DNA of 64,000 bases from the human T2T-CHM13v2.0 reference genome, Homo sapiens, in NCBI RefSeq assembly GCF_009914755.1, contig NC_060946.1; one strand, given 5' to 3'. The first letter of the stretch is position 1. Each line of letters opens with the position of its first letter. Both the position numbers and the translations under genes were made by a program. The notes under the pieces are model-generated. The model did not search any database. It was not told the origin of the DNA and worked only from the letters and a program-made list of their open reading frames with translations. Shown in pieces: positions 37,443-62,469 of the stretch.

Positions 37443-37767
37443 CCGCAGCGCCCCCATTATCTGTGGTTTCACTTTCCTTAGTTGCAGTTTCCAGCAGTCA
37501 GCCACAGCCTGAAAATATTAAAGAGAAAATTTCAGAAATAATTCATAATTTGACATTGCATGCCATTCTGAGCAGGGTGATGAAATCATGCAGCGATGAT
37601 CGTGACTCATTCCTCTGTCCAGCGTCTCCGCGCTGCAGGCGTTCCCGCCCGTGAGTCACTTTGTAGCCCTCTTGGTGATCAGAGAGAAAAAGCCTAATCC
37701 ACAGAGGGTTCCGTACTATCCGCGGTTTCAGGAATCCACGGGGGGTGTTGGAGGGTAGGGGCTACTG
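37443..37767. mobile_element. MER44A-like (Tigger7) MITE
   Basis: CCCCCATTATCTGTGGTTTC...GAAAATATTAAA...ACTATCCGCGGTTTCAGG...CTACTG with TA flanks. Confidence 0.75.
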
Positions 37768-38769
37768 TAATTTCCTGCCTCCCGTGAGGTTTGCATCAGG
37801 CAGTCTCCTGTCGGTGGCCTGGCCCGGGCTCCTGAGACTGCTCCTGAAAGGGAAAGGGACTTTGGGCTCCTGGGAACTGCCCAGGAGGCAGGGCAGAGGG
37901 ACCCCCAGAAGTTGCAGCAAGTAGCTGCATTATCAGCTACGAGGTTGAGAACCAAGGGGAGGAAGGTGAGCTGCCAGCTGCATGGGGCTACATCTGGGTG
38001 GGGGGACAGAGACAGAGCAGCACAGCCCCTGCCAGCAAGGCTGTCAACGAAGATCTAGGCAGAGAGCAATTTGGGGTGAGCCCACAAGGTGGCGGCCAGC
38101 CACTCACCCCTCTACACCCCGTGGCCATCCCCAGGTGAGCTGAGCGAAGTCCCTGGCTCCGTCACACCTTTTAAGGCAAAGGCAGCTCCCGCCACCACCT
38201 CCCTGTTCCCACTTGCTCAGAAATTCCCAGCAGGTATTTTTTCTTTTTTTCAGGAGGAATGGAATGGGACTTCTTGTTCTGTCACCGCAGGATTCCGGCG
38301 AGGCCTGTCTAGGGGTTCTGGTGAGAGAAAAGCGTGACAGGAAGCGCATGCCAGCAGGCACTTGGAGATGTACCCTTGGTGACATGCACAGGCACGGCAG
38401 CCGCCCCACCCACCACAGGCCTCCGCTCGGGACAGCGGGGCACACGCACAATACAGACGAGGCCCAGAGATGCAGAGACCCCCAACAAACCTTCTCCATG
38501 CTAGGGAGACAGGAGATCCAGCTGGGAATGAGCCCATATCATGAAGCCCCTCCCTCAGGAGCTCATACCGGAGCCCAGGAGCCTTGTCCCACCCCAGGGC
38601 CTTCGCACTCACCATTCCCTGGCGGGAGTCAGTGTTCCAGCACAGGGCTCCACAGGCAGGACCCTTGATACCTTTCAAATCTCAGAGAGGCCTCCCCGAC
38701 CCCACCCACATGACTCCATCCCAGTGACCTGTTTTATTTCCTCACAGCCGTCTTCACTTCTAAACTGCC

Positions 38770-40245
<1,476 letters not shown>

Positions 40246-41549
40246 GACTTCAAGATATTTTAGTGCTTCACCCTGCACCCTCAGGTCCACAGGGAGACAG
40301 TGACAACTTGGGCATCTCCACAACTGTTCTCCCGCAGTCCCACACACGCCCCGAGCCCACAGGTGCACCCTGCACGCTGATCCTCAGATCCCAGCTATTG
40401 CCAATCCATCCGAATAAACAGAGACTCAGACACACAGTTAGGGTCCCGGTGACTAGCAGGCCTGCCAGACACTGCTGGGTGGACAGTCAGCTGGCGCAGC
40501 TGGGGACTCTATCCACAAGTAACTCAGCGAGGGATGGAGTACAGCACAGCGCCTGCTCACAGCCACAGCACCTTGAGTCTGAGGGAGCAGCTTCGACAGC
40601 ATCAGGGGACCTGCATTCCACACCCCGTCCTGGTAGAGCCTAGGTGCAGCTTGAGCAAAGACGGGGAGTCAGCAAGTGGGTCCAAGCACCAGGGTCTGTG
40701 CTGGGCTTCACCGAGATCACCGGGCTCCAGGCCAGGTCACAGGGGTCAGTCCAGAGCCTGGGGGCTTCCTTCAGCTTACAGCAGCAGCTGCACCCCAGCA
40801 TCCTGGGCTCCAGGGACTGAGGGCAGCAGGCACTCAACGTGCAAGTCAAGAAAGCACATAAGTCCCATGCCCGAGGGGGCTGGGGTACAGGGGCCATCTC
40901 CAGTGGGAACAGGGACTGCACCAGCCAAGTCCCAGAAGGTAGACCCCAGCCCAGAGGGGACACAGCCCTCTGCCACACGTTCCAACTAGGCTTCCAGCTG
41001 CCGAGCCGGGGAAGTCCCTTAACCTCTGTGCCTGTGTTCATGTTCTCCCAGTACCAGACTTGGGGTGCAGATTACAAAAGAACCTGAACAAGCCTTAACT
41101 GGAAGCCACCCTTCCCTGGATTAATTTAAAACCAAATGAACTTTTTAAACAAGTAACAAACCCACGGTCTGCCTGCACACCAGCATCAAACGCGCCAGGG
41201 AACATCCAGGCCTCCCTGTCTCCTTCTCGTCTCCACAGCACTGGCATCACCCAAGCTGTGCAAACAGCAGAGACCCAGCTGCCTCACCCTGGTGACAAAC
41301 ATTTGCACAATGCCCACTGCTCCAGGCTGGATTTCTACAGCTCAGCTGCAGAACCAGGCCCAGCTTTTACCTCCCTCCAGGGACTGAGGGTGGGGGACAG
41401 AGTGGGAGGCCAGAAGGCAAACCCAGCGAAGCTACAGAAAGGAGGGCAGTGGCCTTGGGGAGCACAAGGCACCTCAAGGGCCCCCATCTGCCTCCCCAGT
41501 CCCAGCCTCTCTCCTGAAGAAAGAGGCAAGATGTCAGTGGAAAATAACT

Positions 41550-41555
41550 TTTATT
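41550..41555 (-). terminator. RPL3 polyadenylation signal AATAAA
   Basis: TTTATT on the + strand, ~35 nt after the stop codon. Confidence 0.9.
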
Positions 41556-41589
41556 GAGACCCCACCAACTGCAAAATCTGTTCCTGGCA

Positions 41590-41960
<371 letters not shown>

Positions 41961-42283
41961 CTATGGGCCAAGAGGGGAAGGGATTTAGGATTACGAGGAG
42001 CCAGGCTTTCCTCAGCACTGTTCACAGCGCCCCTGCATCTGGGAAGCCACACGATCAATTCAGCCTCCCCCACCATCCGGCAGATGAGGACACACTCAAA
42101 GCAGCAAACAGCCCAGCAAGGCCAGACTGGGAATTTCCTCATCTCAGGACTTCAAAGCCAGTGTGAAAGGACTGCCAACACCCTCTCCTTCCTTTCCTCT
42201 CCCACCACAGGGCCACCAGCGTCTGTGGCCTTGGATCCTCCCTCTACAAGAGCCCCCCCATGACAAGTCAGGACCTGCCTCAC

Positions 42284-42379
42284 CTTGCGGAGGGTGAGCA
42301 CCCGCTTCTTGGTTCCCACCACACAGCCTTTCAGCATGACAAAGTCATTGGTCACTTCACCATAGTGGACAAAGCCACC
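42284..42379 (-). CDS. RPL3: RPL3 exon 8 (GGFVHYGEV...LTLRK)
   Basis: ttccag|GGTGGC...AAG|gtgagg, 96 nt. Confidence 0.97.
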
Positions 42380-42468
42380 CTGGAAAACGAGCATCGGATC
42401 AGCACAGGCCCAGGAGGGGACTGTCGTGCAGATGACCCCTCCAGGTTCAGGCCCTCCCTGACCACAGG

Positions 42469-42561
42469 GCTGTTCTCAGAAGGAAGGCAACAAGGAACGG
42501 TTCCGCAGTCTGTCTCGGGCGCTGTGCCCAGCGCACATTCCAGGCCTCATCACTGAACAGC
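42469..42561 (-). ncRNA. SNORD83B: Box C/D snoRNA U83B in RPL3 intron 7
   Basis: Paralogue of U83A with the same terminal stem, box C GTGATGA and box D CTGA; 93 nt; ends ~89 nt before the 3' splice site. Confidence 0.93.
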
Positions 42562-42732
42562 TGAGCCTGAGACCCCACTTCTCACCAGCCAACCCCGACG
42601 AGTGGACTCAGATGACAACATGCCACTTACAAGGGACACAGCTAGGTGTTGTGTTGGCTTCAGTTAACGATCCTGCTAGCAGCCCCTAGGAAGCAGCCTA
42701 TCCCCAAAAGCACGAGGCCTGGGATGGCCTCA

Positions 42733-42891
<159 letters not shown>

Positions 42892-43326
42892 TTAGGGACA
42901 AATAACCCAGACATGCCAGTGTGCTGACCTGCAAAGCACGCTAGAAGGCAGCTGAGGCCTCAGTCCCAGTCACAGCGTATCCCAAGGTCAGAGCAAAAAG
43001 CTGGCTGGCCCTCCAGGTTCCTTTCTGTAAGGCGGCTGGGCTAAAACTAAAGATCCTGCTGTACAACACAGGCCTGTCACCCCCCTGGTGGTGGCATCAG
43101 GGACCAATAAGACTAGTATCCCCAGCCACACCAGTCAGCCCCACCACAGCCACTCTACAGGATGGCACCTTACAAATCATCAAGATGGGCCAGAACTGAC
43201 CATGAGAAGCAAGCCACTGATGTCCACGTGATGCATAAGCTACAGTCAGTGAAGCAGCACTGACAGGCACAGAAACCCCACTCCCCATCACGGGGGCCTC
43301 TTCCCACCCCCAGGGAGCCACTCTCA

Positions 43327-43512
<186 letters not shown>

Positions 43513-43862
43513 TTACTTCACCTCAGCGCCCAGCACCTCCCACTGACCCCTTCCTGCTACTCAGCAATTACCAACCATGGCTGGGTCATCTGAGGGAGTG
43601 ATAAGATTATTTCATGTGCATTACCCACAGGTCTCCCCTGTCAAGCTGGATAGGCTCTGGGGGTGTCACCCTGAACTCAATTCTGAATGGGTGCTTTTTA
43701 AGGCATCCATTAGTTTAAGCTCCCCCATTCACAGGGACTGACTAACATAATTCCAAGCTCCCCTTTGCAGTTATCAGTAGGCTACAAAGAGCAAAGGGTC
43801 CAGGAACGTGTTAAGAAGTTGTCCCCTGGCCCTCCGCTATCCCAGCCACTTCTGACCACAAG

Positions 43863-44205
<343 letters not shown>

Positions 44206-44609
44206 CTAGGAGAAGGTAGACACAGCTCAGCTCCAGCTGCCAGCGCTCCTCCCACAGCAGAGGAACTGCAGCTCCATGCGGCCTGATTGATGTCAAGCAC
44301 ACGGCAAAAAGCCAGTAACTCTGAACAAGTCACTGAACCTCACCAAGAGGAAGGAACTTTCATTTTTGCCAACAGCAACAACTTAACTTTGGATACTGGT
44401 GCCTGAGTTACTGTCAGGATGAGCGGACAAGACCCACACCACAGGCAAACAACCAGATCCCAGCCCCTACCAGCCCAATGTTCCTGTGGCTGTCCTTTGG
44501 GTCAGTTCCTTTTGGGGTACTGCAGTGGTTTTACCTCAGCCACCTACACTTGCCCTAGTGACAAGCCTGCTTTTGAGAGAGCACAAGCTCTAAGTAAGAA
44601 AATGCATCA

Positions 44610-44929
<320 letters not shown>

Positions 44930-45357
44930 TCAAGGACAGCCTGGCAATGTCCTGACAAAACTTCAACGGTGGACATGCACCCTCATCCGTGGTGGCCCTC
45001 ACCACATGGGGTTGTACTCAGCACTTGAGATCAGCCAGGATAACCAGTAACAGGACAGCAAGAGGCACCCACTCTAACCAAGTCAATAAAAAGCCTGCTC
45101 AGCTCATCAACTAGGTTTCCAGGAGAGCAGCCAGTACCTCACAACCGACTTTCAGGCAGGCATTTCAGTGTTACTGGTGAGTCACCAGTTGAATTTTAAA
45201 GGGGAATGGTTCCCTTGCTAAGGGCCAGTAAGGACACAGTGCCCTCTGCTGGCAAGGGAGAAGCCTACCCATAAGCGTGCGGGCACGGGACCCCCATGAT
45301 CACATAGGTCACTTCTACTAAGTGGCAGGCCAAGCCACCCCGGGGCACTGGGCTCAC

Positions 45358-45493
45358 CTGGGTGTGGGCAATGACACGGATGACTTGGCAGTACTTCTTC
45401 ATGCTGCTGAAGTCCTTCTCCAGCTGCTTCTTGCCATCCTCATCCTGCCATTTCTTGCAGTACTTGGTAAAGGCCTTCTTCTTAGATTTATGC
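45358..45493 (-). CDS. RPL3: RPL3 exon 4 ([11 protein letters not shown]...IAHTQ)
   Basis: cctgaag|GCATAAA...CCCAG|gtgagc, 136 nt. Confidence 0.97.
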
Positions 45494-45548
45494 CTTCAGG
45501 AGCAGAGCAGAGTTGGGGAGGGGACCAGGTGCAGGCCTTCATCACCCC
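45494..45548 (-). ncRNA. SNORD139: Box C/D snoRNA SNORD139 (RNU86/U86) at the extreme 3' end of RPL3 intron 3
   Basis: GGGGTGATGA...CCTGAAG: box C GTGATGA and box D CTGA immediately before the acceptor AG. Name from recall of RPL3-hosted snoRNAs. Confidence 0.75.
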
Positions 45549-46111
45549 TCCGAGGGGTGAGCGGAAGGCACACTGGCACCGCGTGGGGATGGAGCTCATT
45601 GCCGGCTTCTAAGGAGCCTTTTCCACCGGCAAGCGGAGCCTGGATGGAGCTCATCGGGCAGAGCCGAGCGGAGCTGAGCAGAGGTCCACAAGGTTAATTT
45701 AAGTTACACGCATTCAAACAAAATTCTTGCTCCGGGACAAACCTTTCTGCCTTGGGGAAGCCCACTCAGTGATGAAGGAAATGGGACATTCCACCCAGGG
45801 CCAGAGGCCCTTGCCACCCCTATAGGGGTTTAATTATTCTGCTACCTCTCCTGGTTTCTAGTTGGACTCCTCAACCAACTGGGTCCTCAGCCACCACCCA
45901 CTAGCCTGGACTCAGAATGAGGGTGTTAGCTTCCGGCTGAAACCAGATGGCTGGCCAAGTCTGATCCCAGGTATTTTTCTGTTCGAGAGGCAAACTAAAC
46001 CCAAGACAGCAGCTCCCTGCCTGCTACAGAGCTGAGAAACCATGCACACGCTGCTCCCTGCTCTCCAGCTCCCAAGCTCCCAAGCTAGGGACTGCATGGC
46101 CTCCTCCCTTA

Positions 46112-46435
<324 letters not shown>

Positions 46436-46995
46436 TCATTCAAAGCACATTTATGTTATTCAAACAAAAAATATCAGGACCCTAGACAGCCAAATACCTG
46501 TCCAGCTTCAATTCTCTTCTACAGAAACCTCTGGAGGCAGACAAGATTGCTATTTATCTGGAAAATTCAGTGCCCTAACAATAGCTCTGAGCTCAGAGAT
46601 TAGTCAGTATCAACTGCCTAACATTAATGTCTCCATGGCTCAGCAACCAGTGCTGTTAGACATCTCTAAGTAGAACACACACAGGTAAGTGGCCATTATT
46701 CAAGCTTTCAGGTGAAAAAAACATGAATGAGGCAGTTCTTATGCCAGCCTCAGCAGCTCCAACCCCCCACACTAGTGTTAACTTCTCTTTGCTAAGGTTC
46801 CTGGCAAATTTACTATGCTCTGAAATCAATACCCCACACCGCACCTAAAGCAAACAGTGCTGACCATCTGTAGCCTTGGAATATTAGTTTTCAAGTTAAG
46901 CATTCCCATTCTGCTGTCGCAGCAGTTCTGACAACGTGTAACTCCTGCTTAAAAAAAAAAGTCTGCCCTCTGCTAACAGCTTGACTCCATCTCTA

Positions 46996-47244
<249 letters not shown>

Positions 47245-47703
47245 CTAGGTGGGAAAAAAATCACCGTCAGCACCCAAACCAAAGCAGTGCCCCCTTCTCT
47301 AGTTCCCAGCTGCTTAAGTTCCAAATCTCAGCAATACTGAAGAATCCTGACCAGACACCCAGCAAGCCGAATAAAAAGGTCATTATCTCTTCCAGGCTCG
47401 CACGTGTCAAGAATGCTTTTGTATTCGACAAAATTTAAGCTGAATCTTATTTCAAATCCTCTCAACCTGTAAGAAAACGACCCATTTTTTTTATCTAACC
47501 ACACAAAAATACACTAAGTAGTGGCACTAAAAACTGCTTAACAGGCAGCTTTATGTGCCAATTAGCAAGGTTTTGACCGCTAAAGAAAGGGACTCCCGGG
47601 ACAAACGCTGGGTAGCAGCTAGCAATGTTAAGCTATAGGCTGCCTCCGGTGCCCGGACACTAATTACACTGATACACACAGGCCAAAGAACTCCGCAGAG
47701 CCA

Positions 47704-47765
47704 AATCAGAACGTGACAATCAGCACACAGTTTCTGTCCGCCCGTCAATAAGTTCATCATCTGTG
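47704..47765 (-). ncRNA. SNORD43: Box C/D snoRNA U43 in RPL3 intron 1
   Basis: Box C ATGATGA (47760-47754) and box D CTGA (47709-47706). Guide GACGGGCGG before D' CAGA is complementary to 18S CCGCCCGUC (Cm1703). Confidence 0.93.
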
Positions 47766-47849
47766 GTTTCTGCGAGCTCCAGAGGCTTTCGGAGTGCACC
47801 AGCGGCCCCAGATATTCAGGAGGACTCCACAACACTCCCCTCCCCCAAG

Positions 47850-48900
47850 CTTCTTTACCTCCCAATGAGAACGGCGCCGAGAACCTCCACCCAAGGTCCT
47901 TCTACCCAGACAAGCAGGTTATGGGCCCTAATCCCAACTAATGATAGAATTGGTGAGGTCGAAACTTAGAAATGACTCATGGCTTTAAAAACGCCGGGCC
48001 TCCAAGCCTGCTCCCACCCTTACGGCCTCTCTCTGGCCGACCTGCAGGCCCAAAGCCAGTCCTCCAAGCGCTCTTCACAAGCCTCTCGACTTTCCAGAAA
48101 ATAGGCCAGACTGAAGTCCCCGCTGGGTCGCCCGTGCCCCTAAAGCAAACCCCCGGCGCCGGCCAAGACGGGATGGCGGCGATGCGTCGCGGATTCAGCC
48201 GTGCCGACGCCGGTGACAATGAAACGGCCGCCATTACAACACATACCATCACGCCATCAAATCCCGCCGGTAGAGGCCGGTCGGCCTTACGGGTCCGCTA
48301 TATAAAGCCAAATCTGGCCCCGCCCCTTCCGGCGTGCGAGCGCGCCCCCGCGGCAGACGACAGGTCGGGGGCACGTACCGAGCGCCATTTCCACGCACGC
48401 TCTTCCGCTCCTAGCTTTCGTTCAGAAGTTGACGTCAGCTTCGGAGACAGAAATTACACACTCTACGGCGAGGGGTCGGGTTCAAACTTAGTGAAAAGCC
48501 GCGGAGAGGTGGGCTAAGGGTGGGTGAGCCACAAATCTACGGCGTCCGGCAGCAGCCAAATTTGATAATAACGAAGAAAAATGGCTGCGTCGCTTCTCCT
48601 CCTGTGATATGCAGCTATCTCTGGAATTAGCGAAGAAAGACTGAAACTCTCGTTTCCTGGCTCCCACGCTGGTTTTGCGGCGACACCAATTTACCTTTAA
48701 TACCTTTAATCTCGGGCATCCCTCCCTCAAGCCCTATCTCTGCCATTTCTCCCATGCTAATGCAGTGGCCCGCGCTTGATTCTGAGGGTCAGGAGCGTCC
48801 CAAGCCTGCGGAACGGCCTCACGACCTCTGGTCATGCCGAGTCCAGCTGCTCAGCCTCCCGGAGCCCCACGCCTTCCAGACCTATGCATCAGCGAGGGCT
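47850..48900. promoter_or_regulatory. RPL3 CpG-island promoter
   Basis: Dense CpG. TCT-like initiator CCTCTAC at ~48276-48270; TATA-like TTTATATA ~25-30 nt upstream (48306-48299); YY1-like GCCGCCATT at 48227-48235; ETS/GABP CTTCCGG at ~48326; perfect CRE TGACGTCA at 48430-48437. Confidence 0.85.
48247..48275 (-). CDS. RPL3: RPL3 exon 1 (5'UTR plus ATG at 48249-48247)
   Basis: Minus strand reads CTCTACCGGCGGGATTTGATGGCGTGATG|gtatgt; only the ATG is coding. TSS inferred from the TCT-like initiator. Confidence 0.92.
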
Positions 48901-48979
48901 TTCGCTGATCTCTGCCTGGGCTCCAGGGTGACTCGGATCCTGACCGATTCCCTGCTTCCAGGCTGGTCCCTTACAAATC

Positions 48980-51072
<2,093 letters not shown>

Positions 51073-51501
51073 ATTGCCCCGTTTTTACATAGAAAACTAA
51101 ACTTCCAGCCAAGAGGTTAATAACTTGACAAAGTCACATAATTAGTGAAGGACAGAGCTCAAGTCTATCTGACTCCAGGTTGGTTTTTCACGGCATTAGA
51201 CTCAGGGATCAATAATCCCCTTATCGGAAAAGGAGCTTTGGAATCCTGAGCAAGAAGAAATTCTTACTGGAGGCCTGCTCTGTGCCGGGTCCTGCACCAG
51301 GCTGCAGGAATATAGAGAACAAGATGGCCACTGTCACAGACCAAATAAGACAATTTAAAATTGTAATGAAGGTTCAAAAGAAAAGTGCCACTAAGGGTCC
51401 TGGGCAAACTATTCTCCCTCAAGAATTCCCTTTCCAGTCAAGAAAGAAAAGAGCATCAGTAGACCTGAACTGCCTTGCCAGCATACAGATAGCTCACTAG
51501 G

Positions 51502-52970
<1,469 letters not shown>

Positions 52971-53450
52971 TTGGATTAGGCCTCAGTTTCCTTATCTGTC
53001 AAATGAGGAATTCATTCATTTATTCAACAAATATGTACCGAGCCTGCTTTGCCTAGCCCCATGCAGGGCTCTGAAACACGGAATAAAACAGAGGTGGGGT
53101 TGGGACCCCTGCCCTGGAAGAGATCAGTCTACCTACATCATAGCTATGAAACAGAGGCCTGTGCAAAAAGAACTGGTGAATTCCCCAATTTATGGGCAGG
53201 GTCATCAGGGAAGCCTCAACCACAGAGATGTCATTTGAACTGGGCTTCAAAGGATTCTTATTTGTCCAGCAAAAAGGGCAGCTCTCCAGGCAGTAGGAAC
53301 CTGTGCAAAGGCAGAAAGGATAAAAGACAGTGGCCTGCAGAACTAGCTGTGATTTGGCACAGCCAGACTAGAAGACAGTGGCAGGAGGCCAGTTTAGGAA
53401 GATAGGTAGGGTTCAGACCTAAAGTTTCCAGCTGGAAAACATCATCCTGA

Positions 53451-53672
<222 letters not shown>

Positions 53673-53772
53673 TAGGAGAGGATGGAAGGAGTTTTCACTG
53701 TTCTGTGTAAGCCACCAACATAGGCACCTGGCAAAGGGCACTGAAGGTGAATATACAGAAGAAAGGGATGAG

Positions 53773-54353
<581 letters not shown>

Positions 54354-54580
54354 CTATTTGTATGAGTCAGGGTGGGTGGGACAGGAAGTAGCGAGTATGG
54401 GAATCAGGATGCCCATTTTGGATATTGGGTATGTGTTGTTATTTTAGAAGGAAGAGTTTGATTTATATGTGTAGGGATGGATTCATTTATGGGGTTAACT
54501 ATATCCTTTCTCCTTTCAAGTACAGATGTAAGGCTACATATCAAGACATATGTAATTCATCAGGGTAAAAGTAAGGACAT

Positions 54581-56380
<1,800 letters not shown>

Positions 56381-56517
56381 TACAGCTGCATTCTCAATGG
56401 CTGCCTGCATTGCCCATTATGGACAAAGCAATTATGCCCTCTCTTTGACATAAGTTCATATCCTGATCTTTTGTGCTGTCATTGATCACTGCAAAACTAC
56501 CCTGCCCAGGTGACAGG

Positions 56518-57616
56518 ATGTTTGGTCCAGAGGGTCAGCTAATATGAGCTTGGGGCGTGAGTGCAGCCTCATGTCCCTGGGGCAGGAGCCTGGGTACACA
56601 GCCTTTGGGTCGTGAAGGCCCCTTGCTGTGCTTCTCCACGAGGAGCTGTGGGGGAAATGCCCCACAGAATGGGAGCTGGCTGGGCAGGGAGGTCTGGCAG
56701 ATCCTGCTTCCGTTCCTGCTGCTGTGTGGCCTAGGCCTGGTGAACTTCTGTGCATCCCTGCTGGGGCTGCAGGCGGAGATGGCAAATCCAGCCTCCCACT
56801 GGCTCTCGGTCTCCATGCTGGGCGCCTGCATCCTGTGGTGCAGCAGCCTGCCAGTGGGTGGAGGTCTCATCCTCATCCTGTCCTGGAGACTGTGCATGGA
56901 GGTGATGCTGGCTGGCCAGCGGGCCTTGTGGCAGCAGCTGACTGTTGTGCGGATCTGGAACCTACAGCTGTTCATCACCCTGATCCATGGAGCCTGCCGC
57001 TGCATCTCACGACTCCTGCAACACCTGTGGTGGGAGGCCGGCCTAGCCGTGTTCTCCATGGCCCATTGGGCCTACTACAGCCTGGTGGGCTTCCGCCACG
57101 ATAACAGCAAGGTGTTGGAGCTGCTGCTGCAGGCCGTGCTATAGCACATGGCCATGTCCCTGCTGGCCTGCTGCCTGGACAGGCTGTGGGTGGCCATGGG
57201 ACGGGTGGCCTAGGCCATGCGGGGCTGTGGCCTTCAACCCCTGGAGAGGGCCAGGCTGTGCCGGGCAGCCTCCACAGACCTGGATGCAGTCACCACTATC
57301 CTCCCAGCGACCACCATCCCTTTCAGCCAGCACTTCCCCGGACCTGACCTGGCCACCATGAGTAGGCTCTCACCAGCCTCCATGAGCCTGTGCATAGTGG
57401 TTGGGGTCAAGGATGCCAGCGAGGGAGAAGAAGGCTGTGGCTATGGGGCCACCAACATATCTCTTAGCACCAGGTTCTGGAGCAGTAGGACAAGCAAGGT
57501 GGCCTTGAAATCTTCATCCAAGCAGGCCCTCGCACAGCAGCTCAAGACGACCTGTCTCCTCATCATTTTTCTGTATATCTGTGCCGTGTCTCTCTTCATG
57601 CAGAGCTTAAAATAAA
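56518..57616 (+). pseudogene. Putative disabled gene for a hydrophobic/membrane protein, possibly TMEM270/WBSCR28-related
   Basis: One frame runs from ATG 56518 to TAA 57613-57615 with only 3 internal stops (56545, 57142, 57211). Codons are CTG/GCC/GTG-rich, the sequence is non-repetitive, and AATAAA lies at 57611-57616. Confidence 0.55.
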
Positions 57617-57914
57617 GCGATTAACTGTGGGCCGGCCCCCGGTATGTTCCCTGCCTAGCTTTGTCAGGGGGAGATAGAATGGCGACAGATCTGTCCACTT
57701 AGGCCTTTACTGGGCTGGTGGGTGGTTCCCAGTATGCAAGACACATGCATACCAGGGGCTGGGCTGGGGGACCTAGTCTCAGCCCTGTCACTACTGTGTA
57801 TCCTTGCGGAGGTTCCTTTACCCTTCTCAGCCTCAGTTCCCTTTCCTGCAAAATATAGATAATAGGACTCTGAGGAGAGGGGATCTATAAAAAGGTGTCG
57901 TTTATGAATTGTAG

Positions 57915-60302
<2,388 letters not shown>

Positions 60303-60309
60303 TCATCAC

Positions 60310-61765
<1,456 letters not shown>

Positions 61766-61767
61766 TC

Positions 61768-62435
<668 letters not shown>

Positions 62436-62469
62436 CATGTTTCTAATCCAACCAGAACCTCCTGCTATG

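Noticed and set aside
47972-48517. 181-aa + strand ORF across the RPL3 promoter
   Set aside because: Explained by CpG-island stop-codon depletion; antisense to exon 1 with no recognisable homology.
57157-57195. SLLACCLDRLWVA resembles a GPCR TM3 DRY motif
   Set aside because: No GN, LAxxD, CWxP or NPxxY motifs in register, so a GPCR identity is not supported.
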